Source: Candidatus Saccharimonadota bacterium
Lineage (GTDB): Bacteria; Patescibacteriota; Saccharimonadia; Saccharimonadales; UBA4665
Reading direction: 5' to 3'
Assembly (NCBI GenBank): GCA_016699955.1
Contig: CP064993.1
Coordinates: forward strand, 840,001-872,000
Length of the DNA stretch: 32,000 bases
How positions within the stretch are numbered: position 1 is the first letter of the stretch; each line of letters opens with the position of its first letter. Positions 7,143 to 15,594 of the stretch are shown piece by piece. The position numbers were made by a program, and so were the translations under genes. The notes under the pieces were generated by a model that saw only the letters and a list, made by a program, of their open reading frames with translations, was not told the origin of the DNA and did no database searches.

Positions 7143-7189
7143 ATGTTTAAATCGTGCGTTTACCAGACATTATTGTACAGAAAAGGGAC

Positions 7190-7262
7190 AAATAAAAAAA
7201 TAGTGCTCCGATACCCTTCCCGCCGATACAATTGTATCAAAACCAGGGAACAGCACCGGAGC
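7190..7262 (-). terminator. Long composite hairpin plus U-run downstream of smpB (terminator)
   Basis: On the minus strand GCTCCG...TTCCC...GATACAATTGTATC...GGGAA...CGGAGC is followed by ACTATTTTTTTATTT. Confidence 0.5.
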
Positions 7263-7383
7263 GATGTAGATATAAGGTACTTACTTCCTTACGAAAGATA
7301 CATTGTCTATCATACCTCCTTCAAACGTGGATGTAAACTATATCACACAAAATTGTTGTAAAATATATTATCAACAGGGGTGG

Positions 7384-7872
7384 CTACTGTTTTGCTCTCA
7401 TGGCTCGTTGAGCCGACCGGTCATCGTCCCGTTGTTTCAGAGTTTCGCGTTTGTCCCAGTTTTTCTTACCTTTGCCTACGGCAAGCCTTATCTTAATATA
7501 CCGTCCTTGAGTAAGGATTTCGAGAGGAACAATGGTTCTGCCTGTGGTCTTGGCCGCTGTAAGTGCATCGATTTCACGGCGTTTTGCCAGGAGTTTTCTG
7601 GTGCGTGATTGTATGTTTTCAGGTACAGGTATTCCTGGTGAGCCATGGACGGTCGCGTTAAGCAGATACAACTCATTGCCCTTGACTGTTACGTAGGCTC
7701 CTCGCAGTTGCCCATGCCCCATGCGTAAGCTTTTTGTTTCGGCACCTGTCAGTTCGAGGCCGACTACCAGCGAATCTCCCAGCTCGTAGTCATGCCGAGC
7801 CCGTCGATTGGTGATCGACTTTGCTTGGTTTACTTGCGCTTTATGCCCGCGCCGACTAGCTTTCTTTGCCAT
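7384..7872 (-). CDS. smpB: SsrA-binding protein SmpB
   Basis: 162 aa with NRRARHDYEL, LTGAETKSLR, RKLLAKRREI, GKGKKNWDKRETLKQRD. This is the characteristic SmpB pattern. Confidence 0.95.
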   Translation of the reverse strand: MAKKASRRGHKAQVNQAKSITNRRARHDYELGDSLVVGLELTGAETKSLRMGHGQLRGAYVTVKGNELYLLNATVHGSPGIPVPENIQSRTRKLLAKRREIDALTAAKTTGRTIVPLEILTQGRYIKIRLAVGKGKKNWDKRETLKQRDDDRSAQRAMRAKQ

Positions 7873-7879
7873 ACCTTAC

Positions 7880-7908
7880 ATTGTACGCATCAATGCCATC
7901 ATTGACAA
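7880..7908 (-). promoter_or_regulatory. smpB promoter
   Basis: On the minus strand TTGTCA, 17 nt, TACAAT. The ATG follows 7 nt later and there is no SD. Confidence 0.5.
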
Positions 7909-7930
7909 ATATAGAAAAGAGTGATATCAT
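7902..7930 (+). promoter_or_regulatory. Promoter of the ATPase gene, back-to-back with the smpB promoter
   Basis: TTGACA (7902-7907), 17 nt, TATCAT (7925-7930). The -35 hexamers of the two divergent promoters overlap by 5 bp. Confidence 0.5.
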
Positions 7931-7970
7931 ACAAAAATGATTGAGATACAACAACCAGTACGCAGTTTAG

Positions 7971-8720
7971 ATGAGCTTGAGCGCTGGGGGGCTGTACCCT
8001 GGTGAGCATGAGTTCTCGAGCCTTGAGCAGTTAAGAAAGTGGAATACAGAGGGTCAGTTAGATGAAACGTTTCTCGCAGCCGATGCTTTAGTGAGCCGGT
8101 GGAACGGTGATAAATTTGGTTTGCTCTATATGTATGGCCCACCCGGCACCGGTAAAACACATGCGGCGATTGGGATTGCTCGTAAAATGCATGAACAAGC
8201 TGGGGCAACTGTATATTACAAATATGCTCCAGAGCTTGTGGGCATAAATGATATGCGTACTCTACCTCAATGGTTGGGGTACGATGCTGATAAAGATGGC
8301 AAGCCAAAAAATCTAGCTCATATTTTCGGTACGCATGCAACTGGTCGAGGGTTAGAAAGTGAAAGGTATAGAAAGCCGGTTCTTATTTTGGATGACTATA
8401 CACCAGAAGTTAGGCCAGCGGTTTATATAGCAGTCGAGGCAGCAGCGCATCGCGGAGGTCTTATCATTATGACATCGAATCATACTGATCCATTTCGTCT
8501 CATTGCAGAGGAACCGGTCCCGGCTAAGTCGCCTGAGGATATATTGCTCGAAGCACGTGCCGCACAAGAGGCTCCTGATGAAATGGCCGCACTTGCGGAA
8601 CGGCGTCGTAAGGCCGCTATTGAAATTAGTGCGTCGTTCAGGAGCCGCGTCGCGGCTGCGATAAAATTCTTGGAGTTTTCTGGCCCAGATCATCGTCCTG
8701 ATAATAGTATCTGGGGTTAA
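7971..8720 (+). CDS. AAA+ ATPase, DnaC/IstB-like (possible helicase loader)
   Basis: Walker A GPPGTGKTH, Walker B PVLILDDY, and sensor-like IIMTSNH. The 5' end is uncertain (see the finding at 7937-8006). Confidence 0.65.
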   Translation: MSLSAGGLYPGEHEFSSLEQLRKWNTEGQLDETFLAADALVSRWNGDKFGLLYMYGPPGTGKTHAAIGIARKMHEQAGATVYYKYAPELVGINDMRTLPQWLGYDADKDGKPKNLAHIFGTHATGRGLESERYRKPVLILDDYTPEVRPAVYIAVEAAAHRGGLIIMTSNHTDPFRLIAEEPVPAKSPEDILLEARAAQEAPDEMAALAERRRKAAIEISASFRSRVAAAIKFLEFSGPDHRPDNSIWG

Positions 8721-8730
8721 TACCTGTATT

Positions 8731-9630
8731 TCAGTCTGCGATAGATTTTTTAACGGACTGGTAGATGCTTTTGTCGCCTTGCTGCCAGCGCCAGTACCAC
8801 CATTCCGCGCCCCACAAATCTATGGGTAGTGCACCGACGCGCTGGGCGAAGTTTATGTTAAAACTAATTCGTTCGGCGCTCATAGAAACCGCCTGTTCTT
8901 CGGAGTTCATTTTCCAGATGTCTTTTTCACCCCACGGCTCAAGTTGCAGTTCATGAATAAACACTTTTTTGCGGATGATCTTTTCTATGAGAAAACGACG
9001 CAACCGATGCAACCATGGCTTTTGGATGGTTGCTCGGTAGGCGCCGTGGTCGTACATCATAGTGTATATGCTGAAACCAACACCACCGCGAGGGTGCGGT
9101 CGACGAAGCGGTATGCCCCAACCATTGCTCGTACTCATGAAGATTGGTCGCACAGGGTCGAGCTGAGTGAGTAAACTGTATTCTTTGCGGAGCCGGCGGC
9201 GACTTATGTCTATTTGGCTGCCAAATCCGCGCAGTAAGGCCTCGTTTTCTAGCTGATAACTTTCGATAAACGGAACATCTTGGTACCACTGCACAACGGC
9301 AGTGATGAACCCGAGCAGTGCTTTGGTTTTATGCGGCTCAGGCAGGGTGTATGCCCAAGTCGGCCAGTGGTATTCCGGCCAGCGCGGCTGTTTTACGCCA
9401 AGACACAGCGTTACTACGCCACCAGCGTTCTCTATCATCTTCATCTGCCAGTCCAAATTACTAAAGTCGTATTTCCCTTCTGTTTTCTCACACTCATCCC
9501 AGTAGCTCATTAGCCTAAACCGCCGCCAGCCCATTTTTAACAGCCAGGCCAAGGTTTTTTTGGGGTCAAGCCCAAAGTTTCGACACTGTTTTATACTGAA
9601 GCTTACGCCGTACTTGTGGGGATCTATCAT
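8731..9630 (-). CDS. Glycoside-hydrolase-like TIM-barrel protein (clan GH-A-like), no signal or anchor
   Basis: 299 aa with YQLENE (acid/base NE-type motif) and HELQLEPWG. It is a paralogue of the downstream gene at 9705-10856 (FRLMSYW..GKYDFSNLDW..QPRWPE). Confidence 0.55.
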   Translation of the reverse strand: MIDPHKYGVSFSIKQCRNFGLDPKKTLAWLLKMGWRRFRLMSYWDECEKTEGKYDFSNLDWQMKMIENAGGVVTLCLGVKQPRWPEYHWPTWAYTLPEPHKTKALLGFITAVVQWYQDVPFIESYQLENEALLRGFGSQIDISRRRLRKEYSLLTQLDPVRPIFMSTSNGWGIPLRRPHPRGGVGFSIYTMMYDHGAYRATIQKPWLHRLRRFLIEKIIRKKVFIHELQLEPWGEKDIWKMNSEEQAVSMSAERISFNINFAQRVGALPIDLWGAEWWYWRWQQGDKSIYQSVKKSIAD

Positions 9631-9704
9631 TGCTTTAAATATAACAGACGTTAAGGTTACTTAGCTATAAGCGCCTTATCGGCTAACTGCCAATAGATAG
9701 TTTG

Positions 9705-10856
9705 CTACCTGTCAAACGCTTCCCGCGCTTCCCGCCACACACTATCGTCACCGAGTACTTTCCAGCGGTAATACCAGTACTCTGCCCCCCAAAGGTCGAT
9801 ACGGCGAATACCGGTTTGCTTTGCAAATTTCAGTGTGCCGATAAAACGATCCGCATCAAAGGTTTTGTTTTGCTCGGCAAGGCTAATGTCTGTAATATTC
9901 TTGCCATTCGGTGGCCACGGTTCAGCTTGAAGCTCATGGATGACGCTGTCTTGGCTCGTTAAGATTTTTTGGGAACCGGCCAAAGCAGCGTAGTGCCAGC
10001 TGGGAAATGGGTACGTTTGATAGCGTTTCGTCAGTGTGCCGTCCCAAACGCGTCGGTAGAGTGATATTCCGTTTATATCACCGAGCGGTTCGCGTAGCGC
10101 AAACCCTGCGTAGTTGTTGCTACGGCTAATGATGACAGGGTGTTTACTATCTAATTTATTTAATAGAGTTTTCTCTTCTACGAGACGTTGGCGGTCAAAA
10201 TTATAGCACTCGCCAAAGTGGTTGAAAAACTCGTTCTCGAGCTGATAACTGTCCAGCGCGGGTGATGTTTTGTAGCGATTAACGACAGCGGTCATAAAAG
10301 CCTCAAGCTGTTTCTGCCAATTGTGCCGTGGTTTTTTTGTGTCGTAGAAAGACGGGGCGTGGCACTCTGGCCAGCGAGGCTGCCTTAAACCAACCGCCAA
10401 ACTGACCGTTCCGCCAGCTTTTTCTACAGCCTCAAACTGCCAGTCCAGCTCGCTAAAATCGTACATACCAGGCGAAACCTCTATTTTGTTCCAGTAGCTT
10501 ACGAGCCGAAACTGCCGAACGCCAAGGTCGCTGGTGATAGCTTCTAGTGTCTTGTGCGGGTCAACGCCTAAGTACTCGGCATAACTTGGTATGAAGGTCA
10601 CCCCCAGCTGATAAGGCTTCCCTTTTTGCGTATGCTGGTACCACAGAGCAACACCATAAAAAGTAGTTGAAAGCAGAAAGACGGAAGCGGCAAGAATAAG
10701 TATCGTACGCACCCAAAATTGTTTTGAACTAAAAACGGCGAACCGTGAGCGAAAAGCTTTCTTTTCTAAATTTAAGCTTTGGGCTTCAGGCTTTGGTTTT
10801 TTTTCTTCAGTCTTCATTTGTCGTTCCGTATTCCGTGTCGCAACACATGCTACCAT
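9705..10856 (-). CDS. Glycoside-hydrolase-like TIM-barrel protein (clan GH-A-like) with N-terminal membrane anchor
   Basis: 383 aa with TM segment ILILAASVFLLSTTFYGVALWY, YQLENE and HELQAEPWP. An alternative start is ATG 10817 (MKTEEKK). Confidence 0.6.
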   Translation of the reverse strand: MVACVATRNTERQMKTEEKKPKPEAQSLNLEKKAFRSRFAVFSSKQFWVRTILILAASVFLLSTTFYGVALWYQHTQKGKPYQLGVTFIPSYAEYLGVDPHKTLEAITSDLGVRQFRLVSYWNKIEVSPGMYDFSELDWQFEAVEKAGGTVSLAVGLRQPRWPECHAPSFYDTKKPRHNWQKQLEAFMTAVVNRYKTSPALDSYQLENEFFNHFGECYNFDRQRLVEEKTLLNKLDSKHPVIISRSNNYAGFALREPLGDINGISLYRRVWDGTLTKRYQTYPFPSWHYAALAGSQKILTSQDSVIHELQAEPWPPNGKNITDISLAEQNKTFDADRFIGTLKFAKQTGIRRIDLWGAEYWYYRWKVLGDDSVWREAREAFDR

Positions 10857-10862
10857 TATACC

Positions 10863-11666
10863 GTGTCGAAACCACTAAACGTATCAGTTATCATTCCTGC
10901 TTACAACGAGGCACTATGCTTGGCAGCCTGTCTTGATGCCCTTGCCGTTCAAACGATTAAACCCTACGAAGTAATTGTCGTAGATAATGACTCGTCAGAC
11001 GGCACGTTGGCTGTGGCTCAGAACTACCCGTTTGCCACTGTTATCCACGAAACTGAGCGCGGCCGTGTTTTTGCGCGTAATGCCGGGTTCCGAGCAGCCA
11101 CTGGTGATGTTATTGCTCGTATAGATGCAGACGCCGTTGTGCCCCCAGAATGGGTTGCCTGGGTTACAGCGTTCTACGCTAAAGGAAACGCGGCCGTTGC
11201 ATTAACTGGCGGGGCTCACTTTTACAACATGCAGCCAAGTGGGTTAATTAGCTGGGCATACAATTGGCTCATCTTTCGTTTCAACACTTTTTTAACTGGC
11301 CAACCAACCTTATGGGGGTCAAACATGGCACTTAGCAGTTCCATGTGGCAGAAAGTTGCTCAGGACGTTTGCCTCGATAATTTACTACACGAAGACCTTG
11401 ACCTTGCGTTTCATGTGCGCTTGGCTGGTGGGAGCATATACTACGATGCGTCCTCGCGCGTGCGTGTTGAAATGCGCCGTGTGCATACCGAAAGAGAAGC
11501 ATTGTGGGGCTACCTTCAAATGTGGCCGCGCACACTCCGCAGACATGGCTACAGAACGTGGCCTATCTGTTGGTTCGTTGGAGCGGCACTACTTTACGTT
11601 GCTTCGCCGCTTCCTGTTATATACGAAAACACTCTACGTATACTTCGAATAAAGAGGAGGGCATAG
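10863..11666 (+). CDS. Family 2 glycosyltransferase
   Basis: VSVIIPAYNE...VIVVDNDSSDGT...ARIDADAV (the DxD region) is typical of GT2. The ORF-track start at 10779 would overlap the divergent gene. The in-frame GTG at 10863 gives the usual short N-terminus. The start is uncertain. Confidence 0.75.
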   Translation: MSKPLNVSVIIPAYNEALCLAACLDALAVQTIKPYEVIVVDNDSSDGTLAVAQNYPFATVIHETERGRVFARNAGFRAATGDVIARIDADAVVPPEWVAWVTAFYAKGNAAVALTGGAHFYNMQPSGLISWAYNWLIFRFNTFLTGQPTLWGSNMALSSSMWQKVAQDVCLDNLLHEDLDLAFHVRLAGGSIYYDASSRVRVEMRRVHTEREALWGYLQMWPRTLRRHGYRTWPICWFVGAALLYVASPLPVIYENTLRILRIKRRA

Positions 11667-11680
11667 GTTAGGTGGCCTGC

Positions 11681-12250
11681 TTATTCGTCGCTGCTTTGCC
11701 ACTGGCCTGTAGATAGCTGTGTCGGGCTACAATTGCCCCAAAGACCAGTTTTGGCTTGCTGGGCTTGTTCCATGGCGGAGTGAAACTCCTGGCTTTTGGC
11801 AAACGGAAAGGCGTAGGCAAATGCGTAGCCTTTCTGAACCAGCTCAAGGTTCAGATTGCTGCCGTCTACAAGGTAAACGTAACGAAGCAGGCGCTGGTAG
11901 CGGTCGCGGTTGGTCGTAAGGCTGTCGGCTACTAGGCGGATACGCTGCGTGCCAATCCGGTTTTTTGTATAGGCGGCGGCAGCTGGACCATAGCACTGTA
12001 CCGGTGTGTTTTCTTTGTGTGTTTCCGGCGTGTCTATGCCTATAAACCGTATTTTTTCCTCTGTGCCATTCATGTCTACTAGCACGGTATCGCCATCGAC
12101 AAATTGTTTTACTGCGTACGAACCTGGTTCCCACCGCATAAACTGCGCCGAATCAACCGGCTTCACCCACCCCTGCCAGTACATTATGCCCACAAATGCA
12201 ATCAGCAGCACCGCAAATATCACGAAAGCTTTGTTTTGTTTTCGGCTCAT
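11681..12250 (-). CDS. Thermonuclease (SNase-like) family nuclease with N-terminal membrane anchor
   Basis: IRFIGIDTPETH...CYGPAA...DRYQRLLRYVYL...ELVQKGYA. TM segment AFVIFAVLLIAFVGIMYW. ATG 12250 is preferred over TTG 12268. Confidence 0.85.
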   Translation of the reverse strand: MSRKQNKAFVIFAVLLIAFVGIMYWQGWVKPVDSAQFMRWEPGSYAVKQFVDGDTVLVDMNGTEEKIRFIGIDTPETHKENTPVQCYGPAAAAYTKNRIGTQRIRLVADSLTTNRDRYQRLLRYVYLVDGSNLNLELVQKGYAFAYAFPFAKSQEFHSAMEQAQQAKTGLWGNCSPTQLSTGQWQSSDE

Positions 12251-12276
12251 AGACACTAAGTATAGCAAGGCTGGAA

Positions 12277-13275
12277 CTAGGCGGCTAACGCCTGAGGAGG
12301 CTCATCAAGACCAAAGACATTAACATCGCGAGAGCTGATTGCGAAGGATACAATCTCTCCTTGTTCAACAGGGAATGTATCACCGTCCACGGAGCCAAGT
12401 ATGGTTCTGCCGACACGGACAGCCCGGCTATGGCCGAGCTGTAGGACTTGGCCGTCAAGTGTACCATTTTGAATATCTCGTGTATAACGTAGCAGTTCGC
12501 GATGACTCGGTAGCTCAAAAGCGAAGCCGGCATCTCTTTCGAGTGAGACTTGGGGGAAAAATGCATGGTGGCCGATACGTGGAAGCCTTGCTATTGCAAA
12601 GCTTAGTACATTGCGCTCTTCAAGTTGCTCCTCGCCATCATGCTCTATAAGTTCTGACAAGGGGAAACGTCGGTTAAACAGGCTTCTGCCGACCAGTAGG
12701 GTTCGTTCATGTAAAAAGTTTCTAACAACGTCGTTATGATAGCCGGGAACAGAACGCAACGGTCCGTTTAAGAACTTAGCACCATTTGACATTAAGCCCA
12801 GTTCAGATAATCCGAAGGCTATCCGGCGGCTTCCGTCGGTGCGCATATCGATTGGCCGGATAGTTTTGACGCTTCCCTGCTCCAGTACCTCGTGAGGTAG
12901 CAGAATACGTCTTCCCTGTTTTTGTAAGTTTAAGGCGGCGTTGGTAGCGTTGCCTGCTTGAATCGCTACCAAAACGTGACTACTCCCCTCGACCGCCATA
13001 GCTGCTTGGTTGAACGTGGTGTCTCCGCCGACCGGAATGACAACATGTGTTTTGCCAGTATCTAGCCTGTCTTGTAGCATTTTGATAGTTTCGTTAATGG
13101 CGGCAGAGGTAGCGACAACGGCGGCAGCGGCAAAGAAGGGATGATTTTTAATCGCGTTCCCTACGTAGCCCAAGCCTTTTTTGGCACGAGTTGAGTGTGG
13201 GTTAACAAGAAATATTGGCGTACCGATGTCGCCAAACTGTTCAAGCTTATGATAAATTGTCGCCCTAGGTTTCAT
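12277..13275 (-). CDS. Diacylglycerol/lipid kinase catalytic-domain family protein (divergent)
   Basis: VVIPVGGDTTFNQ (a variant of GGDGT) and AIQAGNATNAALNL (compare P.GTGNDFA..L), with a C-terminal VDGD. Confidence 0.5.
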   Translation of the reverse strand: MKPRATIYHKLEQFGDIGTPIFLVNPHSTRAKKGLGYVGNAIKNHPFFAAAAVVATSAAINETIKMLQDRLDTGKTHVVIPVGGDTTFNQAAMAVEGSSHVLVAIQAGNATNAALNLQKQGRRILLPHEVLEQGSVKTIRPIDMRTDGSRRIAFGLSELGLMSNGAKFLNGPLRSVPGYHNDVVRNFLHERTLLVGRSLFNRRFPLSELIEHDGEEQLEERNVLSFAIARLPRIGHHAFFPQVSLERDAGFAFELPSHRELLRYTRDIQNGTLDGQVLQLGHSRAVRVGRTILGSVDGDTFPVEQGEIVSFAISSRDVNVFGLDEPPQALAA

Positions 13276-13281
13276 GCGCTG

Positions 13282-13851
13282 TTAGTAATCGATGCCCTTG
13301 TTGGCGAGAAATTTGTCATCGTAATGGTGTTTTAGTTTTGTCATATCGGTTACAATATCTGCATATTTTAGCAATGATTTTGGAAAATTGCGACCCGTAA
13401 GGCAGAGACTGGTTTTGGGGTCTCGCTTGGTTATAAGCTCGCGCAGTTGTTTTTCGGTGAGCAGGCCATCATGTACGGCGTTGTTTATTTCGTCACAGAT
13501 AACGAGGTGAAACTTACCAGAGGTGGCAGACTCAAATGCGGTTAAATACGTTTCTGCTGCCGCCTGTTTATGCTGCTCTGGGGTGACATCTGAGGCACTA
13601 AGATCGCCGGCATTGTAAAACCCTTTGCCCCCTTTGTAAAATAGCAAATCATCACCGTATACTGGCAAAATATCGCGTATAAATGTATGCTCGCCCACGC
13701 CCCAGTACTTTATAAACTGCACGTAGGCTACCTTCCAGCGGTTACCTAGGGCGCGAACCATCAAACCAAGGGAAGCCGAAGTCTTGCCCTTCCCCTCACC
13801 GGTATACACCACCACTACAGATTCTTTGGTCTGAAAATCCTCAAAGGCCAT
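13282..13851 (-). CDS. cobO: Cob(I)yrinic acid a,c-diamide / corrinoid adenosyltransferase (CobO/BtuR family)
   Basis: P-loop TGEGKGKTSASLG, VQFIK...GE, LVICDE, LTGRNFP..L...ADIVTDM...KH. Confidence 0.8.
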   Translation of the reverse strand: MAFEDFQTKESVVVVYTGEGKGKTSASLGLMVRALGNRWKVAYVQFIKYWGVGEHTFIRDILPVYGDDLLFYKGGKGFYNAGDLSASDVTPEQHKQAAAETYLTAFESATSGKFHLVICDEINNAVHDGLLTEKQLRELITKRDPKTSLCLTGRNFPKSLLKYADIVTDMTKLKHHYDDKFLANKGIDY

Positions 13852-13857
13852 ACGCTA

Positions 13858-13886
13858 ACTATAAGTGTCATTTCAACGCTTCGCAA
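13858..13886 (-). promoter_or_regulatory. Promoter of cobO-like gene
   Basis: On the minus strand TTGCGA, 17 nt, TATAGT. The ATG follows 6 nt later and there is no SD. Confidence 0.45.
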
Positions 13887-13897
13887 GCAGACAACGG

Positions 13898-14353
13898 TTA
13901 TATTTCTTTGGTATAAATACCAGCCTGGTTTTTTGTATAGCCATGTGAGATAAAGAATCTCCCAAGATCACCTAAACGAGTACTATCTTGATCGGGCGGA
14001 ACTGCTATTAGATTTAGACCTTCTTCGGCAGTACTCTTTTCGGCCGCATAGAGCAACGCGCTTCCAAGCCCCTTTTCCTGATATCTCCAATCAACAGCAA
14101 GTGCAACAACTAGCCCGTGTGGTCTGTTAATTTCGTTATCACTCACATAGCGAAGGAATGATAGACCAACAAGGCGACGAGCATTACTGCCTTCATCTAC
14201 AAATGCCCCAAAAGTTTCGCCTTCTTCCTCAGCATAAAGAGCATTTCGGTCAGTAGGAAAAATATAATTACCTAGTAACCCTAGGATTGTATCAGCCTGA
14301 GGTCTTAGATGGAGATGATCGCTAGAAAAATCCATACTAACGATTTCTGACAT
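13898..14353 (-). CDS. GNAT family N-acetyltransferase
   Basis: Acetyl-CoA motif VDWRYQEKGLGSALL (Q/RxxGxG/A). An extended -10 (TGATATAAT, 14360-14368) lies 6 nt upstream of the ATG. Confidence 0.75.
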   Translation of the reverse strand: MSEIVSMDFSSDHLHLRPQADTILGLLGNYIFPTDRNALYAEEEGETFGAFVDEGSNARRLVGLSFLRYVSDNEINRPHGLVVALAVDWRYQEKGLGSALLYAAEKSTAEEGLNLIAVPPDQDSTRLGDLGRFFISHGYTKNQAGIYTKEI

Positions 14354-14403
14354 ATACTTATTATATCACAAAATACTCTATTCAGCAGAAATATTATTGA
14401 TGA

Positions 14404-14646
14404 TTATGTTTTGAGAGCGGTGTCGATCTTTGGACGGTCGAACCCGACTATGATTGTTCCGTTTATGTCGAGTACGGGTATACCGGTTTGACCAGATTTT
14501 TGCATTGACTCTTCAGCGAACTCTCGCTTTTCATCGACGTTTTTTTCGGTGTATTTGACGCCGGAGCGGTCAAGGTACTGCTTGACGGCTTGGCAATAAC
14601 CGCACCAGTCGGCGGAATAAACGGTTACTAGTGGTGTATCTGACAT
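14404..14646 (-). CDS. Glutaredoxin-like protein (NrdH/YruB type)
   Basis: 80 aa with redox motif CGYC near the N-terminus and a GIPVL..G motif. AAGGAG lies 6 nt upstream. Confidence 0.85.
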   Translation of the reverse strand: MSDTPLVTVYSADWCGYCQAVKQYLDRSGVKYTEKNVDEKREFAEESMQKSGQTGIPVLDINGTIIVGFDRPKIDTALKT

Positions 14647-14671
14647 AGGGATCTCCTTCTTTACTATACAA

Positions 14672-14700
14672 AGTATAGTTTAAATTATCTTAGAAATCAA
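14672..14700 (-). promoter_or_regulatory. Promoter of glutaredoxin-like gene, -10 embedded in a palindrome
   Basis: On the minus strand TTGATT, 17 nt, TATACT. A 25-nt leader carries AAGGAG. The palindrome ACTATAC-AAA-GTATAGT (14663-14679) overlaps the -10. Confidence 0.5.
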
Positions 14701-14918
14701 GCAATATGCATGATCTGATTAGTGCGTTGTAAATTTGCCGGGGAAAAGTCTGATAATAGAACAGAAAAATAGTGATAGAAAACTAACCTTTCTAGGCGTC
14801 GTCTGGCGTAATCGTCTCGAGTGAAATGGAGAGATTTGATCGCCATATCGGCTTCGCCGAAGATGACGGTGTCATGGTGCAATTTTTTGTGAATTGCAGG
14901 TGTGTCAAGATAAACAGC

Positions 14919-14946
14919 TAGACAAAAGAAAAAAACGTTATAGAAT
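14919..14946 (+). promoter_or_regulatory. Promoter of the 14955 ORF
   Basis: TAGACA, 16 nt, TAGAAT. The ATG follows 8 nt later and there is no SD. Confidence 0.45.
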
Positions 14947-14954
14947 ATAACATT

Positions 14955-15578
14955 ATGAGTGCATTTGAAAAACAGCCGTGCATAGGGCTATTTGGTACTT
15001 GCGGTGATTCGACATTTCGCCAAGATCTATTCATACCTGAGTATGATAGGCTTGGTATACCTTACTTTAATCCTCAATTACCAGCAGGAACCTGGAGGCC
15101 GGAATGTTCAGCGGACGAGGCTGATCACTTGGCTTTCGACGTAGTTCAATGCTGGCCGGTTACTGGTGAAACTTATGGTGCCGGTTCGCTTACCGAGCAA
15201 GGTTATTCGATACTAGCAAGTCTTCGATCGGAGTCACCTTATCCGAAATTTGTCTTGCCTATGATTGAGCTTGAACTTAATCCATCGCTTGATGATGTTG
15301 TTGCAATGAATGAATCTATACGGGCCAGGAAACTGGCGGTGGCGCATATGGCACTGAACGCCTCCCCTAACGTATTCATGGTGACAAGCCTTGAGCAAAT
15401 GCTAGAAACTAGCGTAACACTGTACGGTGTCGCGCAGCGCTTAGTCGAAGCAACGATAGCCTATAATCCAGCTTACAGACGGTATATTCAGGGTCGAAGG
15501 GAGCGTGAAGCGTACCGTGTTGCTATGGAAGCTGGTGTATTTGGGGAAAATGCTCAAATTATCGCAAACAGAAGTTAA
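14955..15578 (+). CDS. Hypothetical protein (207 aa); possibly nucleoside 2-deoxyribosyltransferase-like fold
   Basis: Intact ORF. GLFGTCG...PVTGETYGAGSLTEQG loosely resembles the Rossmann-like deoxyribosyltransferase pattern. The assignment is weak. Confidence 0.45.
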   Translation: MSAFEKQPCIGLFGTCGDSTFRQDLFIPEYDRLGIPYFNPQLPAGTWRPECSADEADHLAFDVVQCWPVTGETYGAGSLTEQGYSILASLRSESPYPKFVLPMIELELNPSLDDVVAMNESIRARKLAVAHMALNASPNVFMVTSLEQMLETSVTLYGVAQRLVEATIAYNPAYRRYIQGRREREAYRVAMEAGVFGENAQIIANRS

Positions 15579-15594
15579 GTACTCGTGCAAAAAT

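Noticed and set aside
14663-14679. NrdR box upstream of the NrdH-like glutaredoxin.
   Set aside because: Only one palindrome is present, whereas NrdR boxes usually come in phased pairs. Its sequence matches the acaCwAtATaTwGtgt consensus poorly, and there are no nrd genes nearby.
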